Part shown: in pieces, positions 51,800 through 63,414 of the stretch | How the letters are laid out: every line of letters starts with the position of its first letter | Numbering within the stretch: the first letter of the stretch is position 1 | Source of the DNA: Anthoceros angustus | Taxonomy: Eukaryota; Plantae; Anthocerotophyta | DNA: 64,000 nt | Direction: 5' to 3' | NCBI GenBank assembly: GCA_010909165.1 | Contig: MU008166.1 | Location: 248,001-312,000 of the forward strand | Program-made: the position numbers and the translations under genes | Notes under the pieces: generated by a model | The model's database searches: none | What the model was told of the DNA's origin: nothing | Seen by the model: the letters and a program-made list of their open reading frames with translations, nothing else

Positions 51800-53663
51800 T
51801 TGCCTCCTCACCGGCTGATCACGGGCTCATCCACTGAGCCCTCCCTTGGTTCCCGAGTGCCCGGTTGCGCCCCTTCCACGGCCTCCCCAGGGCCCTCCTC
51901 CCTTCCGTGCGGAGGTGCAGAGTGCTTACCTCCGGCAGGTCCTTCCTCCGTCCGGCTCCTCCCTCCTCCTCCCTCGCGATGTTGTCATCAAGCAGGCTCC
52001 TAGGGGTCCCTGGTGCTGTTGTCCCGGGTCCTTCCTCCCTCGCCTCCTTCCGAACCTTCCTGGAAGTCCGCTCACCGCCTAGAGTGGCGCAAGACCTCCG
52101 AGCCTTGAGGAGCTCTGCGTGGTAGTAGGCAAAGTCGGAATCGACTTGTTGAATTGCCTCCTCCACATGGGCCCGGGCACCCATTTTCCCTCCGGTGCTC
52201 CGGCGGTGGCATGCTTCACACCTGCCTGCTGCTTACCAACTGCGGTAAAGTGAGACTCCCTCGATACCAAGCTGCCTCCGACACCTCCTGCAGCCTTCTT
52301 CCTTTCACGCTCCTCCTCCCATGGTCATTCCAGCCCGCCGCTTCGGCCATGGAGCCGAGCTCCTCCTTCCCTGTCAGAATCGGGACGAGCAGCCGCCTCC
52401 TCACCGGCTGATCACGGGCTCATCCACCGAGCCCTCCTTGTTCCCGAGTGCCCGGTTGCCTCCCGGCCTCCTGTGGCCCTCCCTTCCTTCCGCATGGAGG
52501 TGCAGAGTGCTTACCTCCGGCAGGTCCTTCCTCCGTCCGGCTCCTCCTTTGCCTCCCTCGCGATGTTGTCATCAAGCAGGCTCCTAGGGGTCCCTGGTGC
52601 TGTTGTCCCGGGTCCTTCCTCCCTCGCCTCCTTCCGAACCTTCCTGGAAGTCCGCTCACCGCCTAGAGTGGCGCAAGACCTCCGAGCCTTGAGGAGCTCT
52701 GCGTGGTAGTAGGCAAAGTCGGAATCGACTTGTTGAATTGCCTCCTCCACATGGGCCCCGGGCACCCATTTTCCCTCCGGTGCTCCGGCGGTGGCATGCT
52801 TCACACCTGCCTGCTGCTTACCAACTGCGGTAAAGTGAGACTCCCTCGATACCAAGCTGCCTCCGACACCTCCTGCAGCCTTCTTCCTTTCACGCTCCTC
52901 CTCCCATGGTCATTCCAGCTCCGCCGCTTCGGCCATGGAGCCGAGCTCCTCCTTCCCTGTCAGAATCGGGACGAGCAGCCGCCTCCTCCGCCTCCGCTTA
53001 TCCTTTCCCTGAGGTCCGCCACTTCCTTCTCCTGGCCGGGCCGATCCCCGTCCGACTCGGCTTCCTCCACCTCCTGCAGCCTCGCGACGTCAAACTCCTG
53101 ACCGCCATTCCCTCCGCCTCCTTCGCCTTCTGCCAAGCCGAGGCGCCTATCTCCTTTCAAGTCTTGGATTCTCCTGCTGAGAATCACTGGCGCGGGCCCT
53201 GGAGTTGTAGCCCAAGGTATCTCGCCTCCAGCCTCGCCGCCGCCTCTACCTCCCTCGCAAGACCCTAAGGTCCCTATTTCTGCGACCTCCAGCCTCCTCA
53301 CTACGACCGGCTTTGCTCTTCACCAGACGGCCTTCAGTTGGTCACTGCTACCCCAAATTGCCTGCCTCCACCGGCCCGATCACGCTGGTAGTGATCCCGG
53401 CCGACTCCGCCTCCTTCCGCGCGTCACCGCGCCGTCTGACAAGTTGGGCCGATGGGCCACCAGTCGCGAGCCCTTCTCCGCCTCCTTCCGCCTCCCCTTC
53501 GTCTGCTAGAGATCTCACTGCTTGGGCCTCCCCGCGCATGCCTCAAATGCTCATCCAAATTGAGGACCTTGGTCCGGTCTTCCTGAATCGCTCGGACCTC
53601 GCGCTCCGCCTCCCGCCGTTTCCCTTCCTCGATGCGGCCGAGGACTTCACCATGCTTTTTCAC
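51800..53663 (-). mobile_element. Fragmented coiled-coil (E/R/A-rich) ORF, probably retroelement accessory; includes a ~595-bp tandem duplication (51800-52395 and 52395-52990)
   Basis: VEEAIQQVDSDFAYYHAELLKARR appears twice; gcctcctcaccggctgatcacgggctcatcca occurs at 51803 and 52396. No enzyme motif seen. Confidence 0.45.
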
Positions 53664-54135
53664 CGTGGGCTACATGTACGTGTGTGGACAATGGGCTCTC
53701 CTTGGGGTTAGGAAATAAGCTGGGTTTGTTTTTTTTCGTAGGTATAGAGTGTAAAATAAGGCGGAAAAGGAGGAATAAGCAGGCGGCCGGACCTGCTCGA
53801 GTGCACTCCGGACTCGGTAGGTAACGGACCCCGCAATGCGCTCAAGGGCCCCGACCACGCAGAACGGGATAAGTCCGACCCCACCCGGTCGAATGGGATA
53901 AGTACGCCAGAAGGTAATTTAGAAGTTGGGGCGTGAGTTAGACAGAGCGCGCCACGTGGCCGGCATGGAAGACGGCAGGCATGCAAAGAGCCAGGACTGT
54001 ACGCCGCAAAGCGTTATAAGCAGTATTCACGCCCGCTGCATCGCGCGACAAACAGAAGGCCGTGAGTAGGCGGAAGCGTATAGGCAGAGTAAGCCATGTG
54101 CTCTCGACGGACAAAGAAGAGCCACCCTCCGCTGA

Positions 54136-55678
54136 TTGCCAGCCCGGCCCGAGGCAAGGTGGAGGCCATTCTTCCAAGCAACTTTGCGCGATCTTATGCT
54201 CACCGGCGTGACACCCGGCCCTCGCAGTTGTCTTTGTGATCGCTGCACTTCCGCCACCGAGGGAAGCAACCCACGCCGTGGCCAAGGAACGACAATTGCG
54301 AGCCTCACACTCCAGAATGGACGCAGGAGCGGGAAGATGGGACCCAAGAAGGCGGCGGAGGTTTGGGAGCCCCTGGAGCTTGGTGGAACGCTCACCGCCT
54401 GCGCCACCCGGACTGGCCGTGTTTGGAGGAGGCGGGGAGCTGGTCAAGGAATGGCACAGGCGTTTTCGGTATGCGGACCGGCGTCACTAGTCAGTCGCCC
54501 GAAGATGTTGGCGGCCAACAAGGAGGTTCGGTCTAAGAGCCTTGAGAGGACCCTAGGAGGTGGACCGTGGAGGTCCCGAGGGCGTGTACAATCGTCCGGA
54601 GGAGGCGGGGAGCTGGTCAAGGAATGGCACCGACGTTTTCCAGCCGCTCGACCTTCACGCCGCCTAGTCCGAGTACGCCAAGATGTGGCCAACAAGGAGG
54701 TTCGGCCCAAGAGCCTTCGAGAGGACCTTGTGAGGTGGACCGTGGAGGTCCCGAGGGCGTGTACAATCGCCCAAATGGAGGAAATTGGGGCGTAGTCCCG
54801 GAACCTCTCAAGGCCGGAGGAAGATAGAGGCGGCAAAGGCCGCCTGCTGGCTGAACGCAACGAACAACAACGGCTGGTTGATGTGGACTTCTTTGGAGCC
54901 GGAGGTAGGGCGTGGCGGGATCATTGTCCACTGGAACATGCTCACCAAGGTAGATCACCTTGGTGACAATCTGCTGGTGTTCCTGCATGCGCTGCAGAGA
55001 GGAAGGAGGGCAGACTGGGGAAGGATCATCTTCGCCAGGATCAATCAGGAAGCTCACAAGCTGAGGTGTGAGAAGCCTCCTCCGTCGGCGTTATCGCCGT
55101 TCTTAATTCATGTGTGGGGGCATGCGAACCTCCTGAAGGAGGGAGAAGAGGAACGCGCACTCCGGAAGGGGCTGGCCGCCCTACCGGAGGCAGAAGGAAG
55201 AGCGCGGGAGGTGGAGGCCCGTCCCGTCCGGAGCAAGAGGGCGCGGGAGGAAGACGACTGGGAGGGAATCCCAGACTCCATACGTCTGGAGCGGACTCCC
55301 ACCGAGGGAAGTGGGAGGACATCCCCGCTTCCTCCTCCCGGTGCCCCCACCGAGCCAAAGACAGGAGGAGGCGGCCCTGTATGGAGCCCGGCTCCAGCCC
55401 GACAGACTACCGGCCACCACGACGGCAGCTACCGAGCCCCGACTCCGGGGACCGAGGCGGAAGACGGCCACCGCCAACGCAAAGACTTTGACGGGCGCCT
55501 GCGTTCTTGCCCCGCCAACGGAGTGGCAAGAAGCGAGGAGGCGCATGGCGGAAAGGGACGCCGCCAAGGAGCGGAGGCCATCGGCGCAGCCCCACCGGAG
55601 GTCCTGCCTCCGACCGGGAGAGGCAAAGGTCACTCTAACCTCTCACCCTCCGAGCCCTGTGGAGAAAGAGGGCGATAA
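54136..55678 (+). mobile_element. Retroelement accessory ORF resembling the putative plant transposon protein domain, with an internal ~175-bp duplication
   Basis: ELVKEWHRRF (twice), ADWGRIIFARINQE..SALSPFLIHVWGH resemble the ELV.EF..DWG.II..L.P.LI pattern of LTR-element extra ORFs, followed by a disordered tail. Confidence 0.5.
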
Positions 55679-56004
55679 AGAATTGGCGCCAAGAGGGCCA
55701 AGAAGGTGAGGCTCGGACCTCGTGCTCGGACCTAAGGGTCCCGATTAGGTCCGAGAGCCATCCGGACTCACTCCCGGGGCTCGGTATGGAGGTCCTTGAC
55801 GGACCGAGAGATGCCCGCCCCACGACGGACTTGGGGCCTCACTGGGTGCAGTGGAAGAGACACGGCGGGTTCCTGCCACCGTCATGGATGGTATGCTCTG
55901 GGACTCTACGGACGGCCGAGAAAACCTGTGAGGTGGAGGCAACAAGGAGGCGCATGGTGCTCCTCCAGAGCGATGGAGGCGGCCCAGAGGCGAAGGAAGA
56001 AGGC

Positions 56005-57898
56005 GCATCAACTAATCGGAATACCTTCAAGACTGCAAGTGCTGTCTCCTCTAACATCTCTTGCTTCTTGAGTATAACCACCTTCCTTTGTGAAATATTG
56101 ATACCAAAAATGTCATGCAACAACGTTCACAAGCTGGTGGAGCAGCCAATCCATTCGACGACCTGCTAAACTGGACTTGGAAACACATGCCCTCTCCTTC
56201 ATGTATCTGCGGAAGGCTTCAAACAGCGGAAGTGGTATTCTGCCCAGCATGTGGCAGCATCCTCGCATGGCAGAGCCACATCACTATTCCAAAATAACAA
56301 GCAATTCAGTTAGAGACGAACAGGAGAGCAGGAACCAAGTGCATGAACTTAAAGGTCCTATGGCACATACTTATGGTCCCGCCCCATTGTTCCTTGAAGT
56401 ATTTAACAAACGCAATTTACCTTTCTGCCCAACGTGCATAGAACAAGTCCAACATAGCTTCTGCTATAGCCACGCAAATATCTGCAGTGGAAAACCCATT
56501 GACATACATGATCTCACCAAGTTCAGCCCAAATCGAGATCCTGTCCGGCTCCGACCTTACCTTCTTCAATAGATTTTTCCTCCATGCCTTTCGCACGTGC
56601 CACAAACACAGCAAGATGGGCATGTTACAAGTCCAGACTTGTTGAATAGCAGATATTTCTGCCTGGTAGTCGTCCACAAGGAAGCTGCTCGGTGTCCAAG
56701 TAGAATCATGCTGCTCAACCCGGACGCGTAGTGCTGATAACCATGCCACCAATGTTTCAATTGTTGCCTTTTGTGAGATAGCCCATGCTACAGGCACACC
56801 GTTTAAGTGCTGATCGAAGGCCACAACGGTGAACAAATGGTATTTGTACTTGTTCATGCCGAAGGTTGCATCTAAAGCCAAAACACTGCAATTCCCATAC
56901 TTAATCATAGATTCCAGCATGAAAGAAGTTTGGATACCTAAGGCAAAGGGTTGCTCCTCGGTGGATTGATAGAACACCATGGAAGCATTCTGCCTAATCC
57001 AAATAGAAACTGAAGTTGAATCATCAGGGTGAAGTTTTCAATCACCTATGACCACATTTTTGGCAATGTTGATTACATCGTACTGTTGCAAGAAGTCATC
57101 CCTAATCTTTTGATAAGGCACTGCTTGGTTTGTAACTTTGGCATACAAAGCCTCTGTATGCCGACGCATGATCTCATCTATGGAAATGTTAGAGTAAAGG
57201 CAGTGTCTAACCCAATCTTTTTCTCATCTGACAGCCAAGCAGCCCGGACATCTCGAGCCATGCCCTGGTAAGAAACTCCATGACAAAGGATACCTGCCAT
57301 GTCGAGATGTTTGTCTTCGAAAAGCCCAATCTCTGCCACTTTTGGCCATAATAGTAACTGCTTCACTTGGAAGTTCGCTTGGCACCCATGTTTCACACCT
57401 TTCCCTCTGAGAACTTTGCACTTGGATGTCTGTGCCATGGATGGCCTAGTCGTCTGCTTGTCAAGTCCGTGGTAGGAACACCGTAACTGTGACAAGAGCC
57501 ATGAGTCAAGATCTTGATGCAAAAGGATTTTACGCACAAGAAGAGACATTCCCACATTCAGCAATAAGAAGACCAGACCAGGTGTATGTAAGGGCTGTGT
57601 GGACTGTAGGAGTATTGGGACGAGGTAAACTGTTGGGCCCTTTAGAGTCCTTCTTGTAGAAGTTGGTAGCATGCTCTGCATCAAATGCCATTCCTGCCAC
57701 AAAGTCTTCTACTCTGTTAAATGGGATATGAGCAATTCGCATAGTCTTCTTGTGACCTTGTGTCCACCGTGAGTGCTTCTCACTTGATAGAACCCAATGG
57801 AGGTCGCTGCTTTTGAAAGTCCCAACCTTCGGCAATTGCACAACAAATGGCACATCAGGAGGTAGTTCATCTACACTAGTACACAGATTTAGATCCAT
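56005..57898 (-). mobile_element. MULE-type transposase (At1g60560/At4g13970-like SWIM family), truncated before the SWIM finger
   Basis: DL.W......RIAHIPFNRVEDFVAG, K.GC...F.VK.L...P.VA, KH.D..G..CHG, PFALGIQT..ML..MIKYGN...LALDATFGMNKYKY.LFTVVAFD...GVPVAW, FLVDD, LLCLWHVRKAW.KN, RMDWLLHQL. Confidence 0.88.
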
Positions 57899-58239
57899 TT
57901 CAGACTAATGCTAAGTCTAAGCTTCTCCCTAATGTTGCTGCTAAGTGCACGTTGGCTTCTAAGTACAAGCTTCCCCCTAAACACCGGCTAGGCTTCCTCC
58001 TGCAAGATTTATGTAAGTCTTTGTTAATTCTCTAAGTGCAAGCTCGTGGCAGCTCACATCTTCGTTAAGATGGCACAGATCACAACGCGGTTGCAAATTG
58101 AAGGCTACAACGCGAGCTGGAACATTCTCTCTTATTAGGGGCCGATCGCATTGTGAAGATCGAGGCTTTGCAAAGCAACTTGCGGCGGGAGCGGGTGAAA
58201 CAAAGTCTTTTGAAAATGTGTGTGCAGAAGGTAAAGATT

Positions 58240-58432
58240 TCCCTAACCCAGATTTCCTACCTGAATGGTGGTAACCGTGATCTCATTCTACACCGCTACG
58301 GTCCGACGGAACGAGCTTGAAACCATGGTAGCATATATGCATAGCATGATCTCGGAAAGGCCATGGCCTGCCACGGGCGTGCGGTATGGTGAGTGACAGG
58401 CCTTAATGGCCTTCGGAGATTGATAGAGGCAG
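58240..58432 (-). repeat. Right copy of the diverged inverted repeat (TIR-like), ~340 bp upstream of the MULE ATG
   Basis: gcggtatggtgagtgacaggccttaatggccttcggagattgatag is a reverse-complement match to 38617-38665. Confidence 0.7.
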
Positions 58433-58499
58433 TTCTATCATTTCTTTGATCGAGCACCCATATACTTTGTCTTGTAGTGTTTCTCTCAGATCTAACCTA

Positions 58500-58900
58500 T
58501 TTCTAACCCCGGGGGGATGAAGTCTCTATTGCAGATGTGGTTGTAACAAACCCTACTCAGGACAGCGTCTATGCGCATATCATCATCAACTCTTTGGATT
58601 GGGCGGCAAAGGGATGAGCTATGGCCAAGGTTCACAAGTACACCTCCATGCAAGAAGGTCATGCTTTCATTTGTATTTCTATTGAGACTTATGGAGCTAA
58701 TGTGGTGGCTTTTTTCCGGCAACCAGTATCCATCGGCCTGTAGAGGGCGTTGGCAAATGTAATTTTCAGGACGACTTCAAACGCAAATGAATGCAGTATC
58801 TTTAGCTCCGGTGGGGAGTAGGCCCTTCCCTATTCCAAATTATAACATCTTGGGAGCGGTAGGTAGCTTCAAGATAGACAATCAAGGGGGCTAGTCCCCT
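58500..58900 (+). mobile_element. RLE-type (CRE-like) retrotransposon 3' fragment with internal deletion
   Basis: IADVVVTNPTQD..AKVHKYTSMQEGHAFICISIETYG..VAFFRQPVSI..RALAN; homologous to 25312-25750. Confidence 0.75.
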
Positions 58901-60090
58901 GCGCCTAGGGCCCCCTATAAGGTTGTTCTTGATCGGGCTGTTTTAGATGGGACTTCCCAGCTCTGCATATTTATAAAGTCTCCATGTTCAACAATTTAAA
59001 TATTCAAATTTTGAATTATCCATACTAATATGAAGAATACAATAGTGTGTACATAGGTAGTCAGTTCTTGCTTATCTTTTCATTTAATATACTCAATTAT
59101 CATTTACCAAAAAATAGTGTATCCATAGAAAAGGACAAGCGAACATTTCTCCTGAAAGTTGTCTTGTTGGAGAGAGTTCAAATAAATTTCAAGTAAAAAG
59201 CACAAATGTAGAAGAATTTATGTGCCTTGATTTTGAAGAAAGTTCACCCAGCCAACTACAAATTAATGATATGAGCTATCTTCCAATTTTGAATCATTTT
59301 GAAGAAATTATAAACTACCTACAAAATATTTCTACCAGTCCTCATTCGTACCAGTCCTCATTCGTATCCTCGCGCTCCTCGTCCCCACTGGAAAAGAGAA
59401 AAATTGCCGAGGAACATGGTTCATCGTTTGCAACCTCGAAAAAATGAATAATTAGTCCTCCCTTCAGGATCCTAGCAATTCATTTGAACTCCTCGTTAAG
59501 CAACCCACTTGTTGGATCACTACTGGGATGAGATATCTTCCACCCCCAATTATTTCGGTCCTTGGTGGCGTGCTTGTTCTAAAGCCCTTTGGGCCGCTGG
59601 ATATATGATGTCTATTGTGTTACCTGCAAAAAGATCAGCTATTGAAAGGTTGTGAAGCCCTTGGGGCCGCTTGATATAAAGTCTTCATTGCGAAGTTCAA
59701 AAGGGCTGTTGTTGTAAGGTTGGGAATCCCTTCGGGCCCGCCTGATATACGATCTATGATGTAAAGGCCTCTATGTCCTCTAGATTACTTGGAAAAAAAT
59801 ACTTGATTAGATTCACCAAAAGATGGATGAACAACTCATTAGTTGAGAATTCTGTACGTTTACCTCTCGCTCCTTTTTCACCAAAAATGCAAGTAGGGTT
59901 TTTCAATTATCAAAGGGTAATATTAACCAAGCTAACTAGATAAATAAACTATGGTCAAGAACTAGACCTTAGTATGTCACGGACAATGGAACAGAGCCAC
60001 AGGGATATTACACAATTGTATACAGCCCCGCATCCCAGCAACAAGATTGTTTTCCGCGCCTTGTGCTCAAAATGTTCAGCTCCATGAACG

Positions 60091-60197
<107 letters not shown>

Positions 60198-60539
60198 CAC
60201 ACATGCTTATTCTCACAACATACGAAATGTGAGAAGCAATAAACCCTGAAGAAAGATGAGGAGGGCTTAAAGAAGATGTCGAAGAAGAAGAGATACAATA
60301 GTGCAAATGATATCATACTATAATACATGCTCAAATTCAAAAGCTATTCATATATCTAAAATAAAAACAACCCTTGATCTTTCTTGCCTTTGTAGCTTAA
60401 TAGTTAGTTTTTATTCATTTTTTTGCCATACATGTCCCTTGTGAGTACCTTTGGCTGCACTCACTTTGGATGCAATTGTGAATTACACTTCGCGTACATT
60501 GTACTTGCATTTGAAAGGCGGGTTGCACTTTTACTCTAG

Positions 60540-60638
60540 ATATTTTATTATCTTTCTCCATTACAAGGAGAGTTGTTTTATTATCTTCCTCCATTACAAG
60601 GAGAGCTATTTTATTATTTTCCTCCATTACAAGGAGAG
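60540..60638. repeat. 33-bp tandem repeat x3
   Basis: cattacaaggagag begins at 60559, 60592 and 60625. Confidence 0.9.
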
Positions 60639-60659
60639 TTATCCAATCGATCAGCATCA

Positions 60660-61213
60660 TTCTATTCTCGAACTTACTAAAGCGAGTCTGCGAGTCTCCA
60701 TTGCCCTTCTAAGAGCATTATACTATTCTCAAACTTAAGAAAGCAAGTCTCTATTGCCCTTCAAAGGGCGAGTCTCCATTGCCCTTCTAAGAGCATTATA
60801 CTATTCTCAAACTTAAGAAAGCAAGTCTCTATTGCCCTTCAAAGGGCGAGTCTGCGAGTCTCCATTGCCCTTCTAAGAGCATTATACTATTCTCAAACTT
60901 AAGAAAGCAAGTCTCTATTGCCCTTCAAAGGAGCATTATACTATTCTCAAACTTAAGAAAGCAAGTCTCCATTGCCCTTCAAAGGGCGAGTCTGCGAGTC
61001 TCCATTGCCCTTCTAAGAGCATTATACTATTCTCAAACTTAAGAAAGCAAGTCTCCATTGCCCTTCAAAGGCGAGTCTGCGAGTCTCCATTGCCCTTCTA
61101 AGAGCATTATACTATTCTCAAACTTAAGAAAGCAAGTCTCCATTGCCCTTCAAAGGGCGAGTCTGCGAGTCTCCATTGCCCTTCTAAGGACATTATACTA
61201 TTCTCAAACTTAA
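60660..61213. repeat. ~86-bp satellite-like array, ~7 units with internal deletions
   Basis: gagcattatactattctcaaacttaagaaagcaagtctc recurs at about 60713, 60791, 60877, 60931, 61017, 61102 and 61188. Confidence 0.92.
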
Positions 61214-62279
61214 GGGCAATGCTCCACAAGGGGACAGACACTTCTTCCCCTTCCTCCATAATTTATAAGCCATTTATTCTTGTTGCATATGATAGTCTAA
61301 GAACAATAGATAACTTTAAATAAGAAGCTTAGTTTGCTCCTTTTCACCTTGAATCCCGGGTCCACCTTCGTTGTCCCCGCTGATAGATTTTTCCCCATCG
61401 TTTTAGGGAAAAAACATACAACTTACGAAACAATAGGTGAGCCACTCATCACACAACTCATCCGCCAAGCCACTCATCAGACAACTCATCCGCCGCACTT
61501 TCTCAATTCCTGTGGCTCCACCTTGCAAATTTCATCCTCCGCAACTTTTCAGTTCCTATGGCTCCACCTTGCACATTTCATCCTTCGCAACGGTTCAATC
61601 CTATGGCTCCACCTTATCCACGCTTACACGTCTAGATCGTGAGAGACTGATGGCCTGTTCACATCGGAACCGGACATGTCACAGACTCCAGAAAGATCGG
61701 GCGAACCCGTCTTTTCGGTTTCTTTAACCAAACGATAGGTCGACATCAAGGCAGCAGGCGCAGGACCGGGCCGTGGTCACGCAGGGCTGAGCTGTGGTCC
61801 CATGACCCGTGATGTTATGGTACTAATATTATATTACAAAAATAGCATCGTGAGGATAAAAGAGGCTCGTCTTCTCATTTTCAACTTCATTGTCTGTTGT
61901 GTGGCTTGTTGTGTTTTCGATTCCGCTCCTTGGTCTTGTGGCCTGGCCTTGTGTGTCTTGTCCTTTTGTTTGCTTGGGGTCATGGATCCCATGTTATTTA
62001 ATATTTTATTTGGTTTTTCATGAAATCTTATGTAGAATGCACGGATCTACCTATGGTTTTAGCTCACAGTTGGATGATAGTGGGATGAGTAATGATGGAT
62101 GTTTTGTTATTCCTTTAATACTTTCATTGGTTGGAGCGTACTTCTTTCATTGGGATATTGAGCAGCAGTCTTCAACGAGATTTTGGTGGAAGTTTCCGCC
62201 AAAATACAACTTGGAGTTCTTTACACATGCTTGCTTGGCACCTGATGGGGCAAGAACAGTTGGATGCACAATGGAGGAA

Positions 62280-63110
62280 GAGTGCAGGATGGCCTACTCA
62301 AATTTTCAAGCTTTTGGTGGAAGAATTACGTCCTTACATCCAAAAGAAGTCTAATGTGCCACCTTTGCAACTTGAGCTTGAGAGTTGCCATGGTCTTGCA
62401 TGTTAGCTTATGGAGCATCTCCTAAAGTTGTCGCTAACACCTATGGAGTTGGACCATCCATCGTGATGAGTATACCAAGTTGATTACTAGCATCCTTAGT
62501 AATCCAAGGAAGTTGGCTTCAAAGTTCATCAACATGCCAAGTGGCCAACGACAACTAGCATGTGCGATAAGTTTTTGCATTGGAGTTCCAAATATGGTGG
62601 GTGCAATTGATGGTTCGCACATCAAATTGGCCGCTAAGCGCTAACAAGTATACTCCGGCCAGACACGTCGCCATGACATGCATAGCGTCATTCTTCAAGG
62701 AGTCGTGACTATAATCAAATCTTTTGGATGTAAGTTGCATTGCTCCGGAGGTGTCCATGACTGTGTTGGAAGAGTAGTGTGTGGGCAAGATTACATCGAC
62801 ATGACATCTTGACGAGCCAACGATATTGGTTGGCAACACTAATGTTCGCCTTTTATTGTTGGTGATAGTGCTTATCCAATCATGCCTTTCCTCATGAAGG
62901 CATATGATACACCATGCGCACTGCATAAACGAAGGTTCAATAGGAGTCTGCGCAAAGGAAGGGTGAAAATTGAAAATGCATTTGGGAATTTGAAGAACAG
63001 TGGCGATTCGAAGACATAAATGTGGCTCTTCCTTATGTGGGGCAGTAGTAGCTTGCATGGTGTTACATAATTTTGCATCATGCACAAGGAGCCCGATGTG
63101 GCAAATGTGC
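62280..63110 (+). pseudogene. Second PIF/Harbinger transposase, degenerate
   Basis: FKLLVEELRPYIQKK, IPNMVGAIDGSHIKL, IVGDSAYP.MPFLMK.Y, FNRSLRKGRVKIENAFG.LK across broken frames. Confidence 0.85.
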
Positions 63111-63414
63111 CGGAAAATCCGGACCCTTATCCCATGCACCATCGCCATTTTATTTGGAGAATGCCATGGAGGCGGCTTCAACGAGTGGGCAACGAACAAA
63201 GACAAGCATTGTTGGAGTTTTGGGTGAATACAAATTGTTGAGGCAAATTGTGATTGTTATTGTATGTTAGAAAGTATGGGAGGCCATCATGCCCAAAGAA
63301 ATAATTATCACCTTTAAATCAAGGTATCACAAAACACAAGAAGTCTCAAATTACATTATTAGAAGGGGCCTATGCTGCCCGAATTGAAACGTCTGCTATT
63401 CCTCCCATGCTACA

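Noticed and set aside
60660-61213. CRISPR-like array
   Set aside because: Eukaryotic context; units are whole tandem repeats with no unique spacers and no cas genes.
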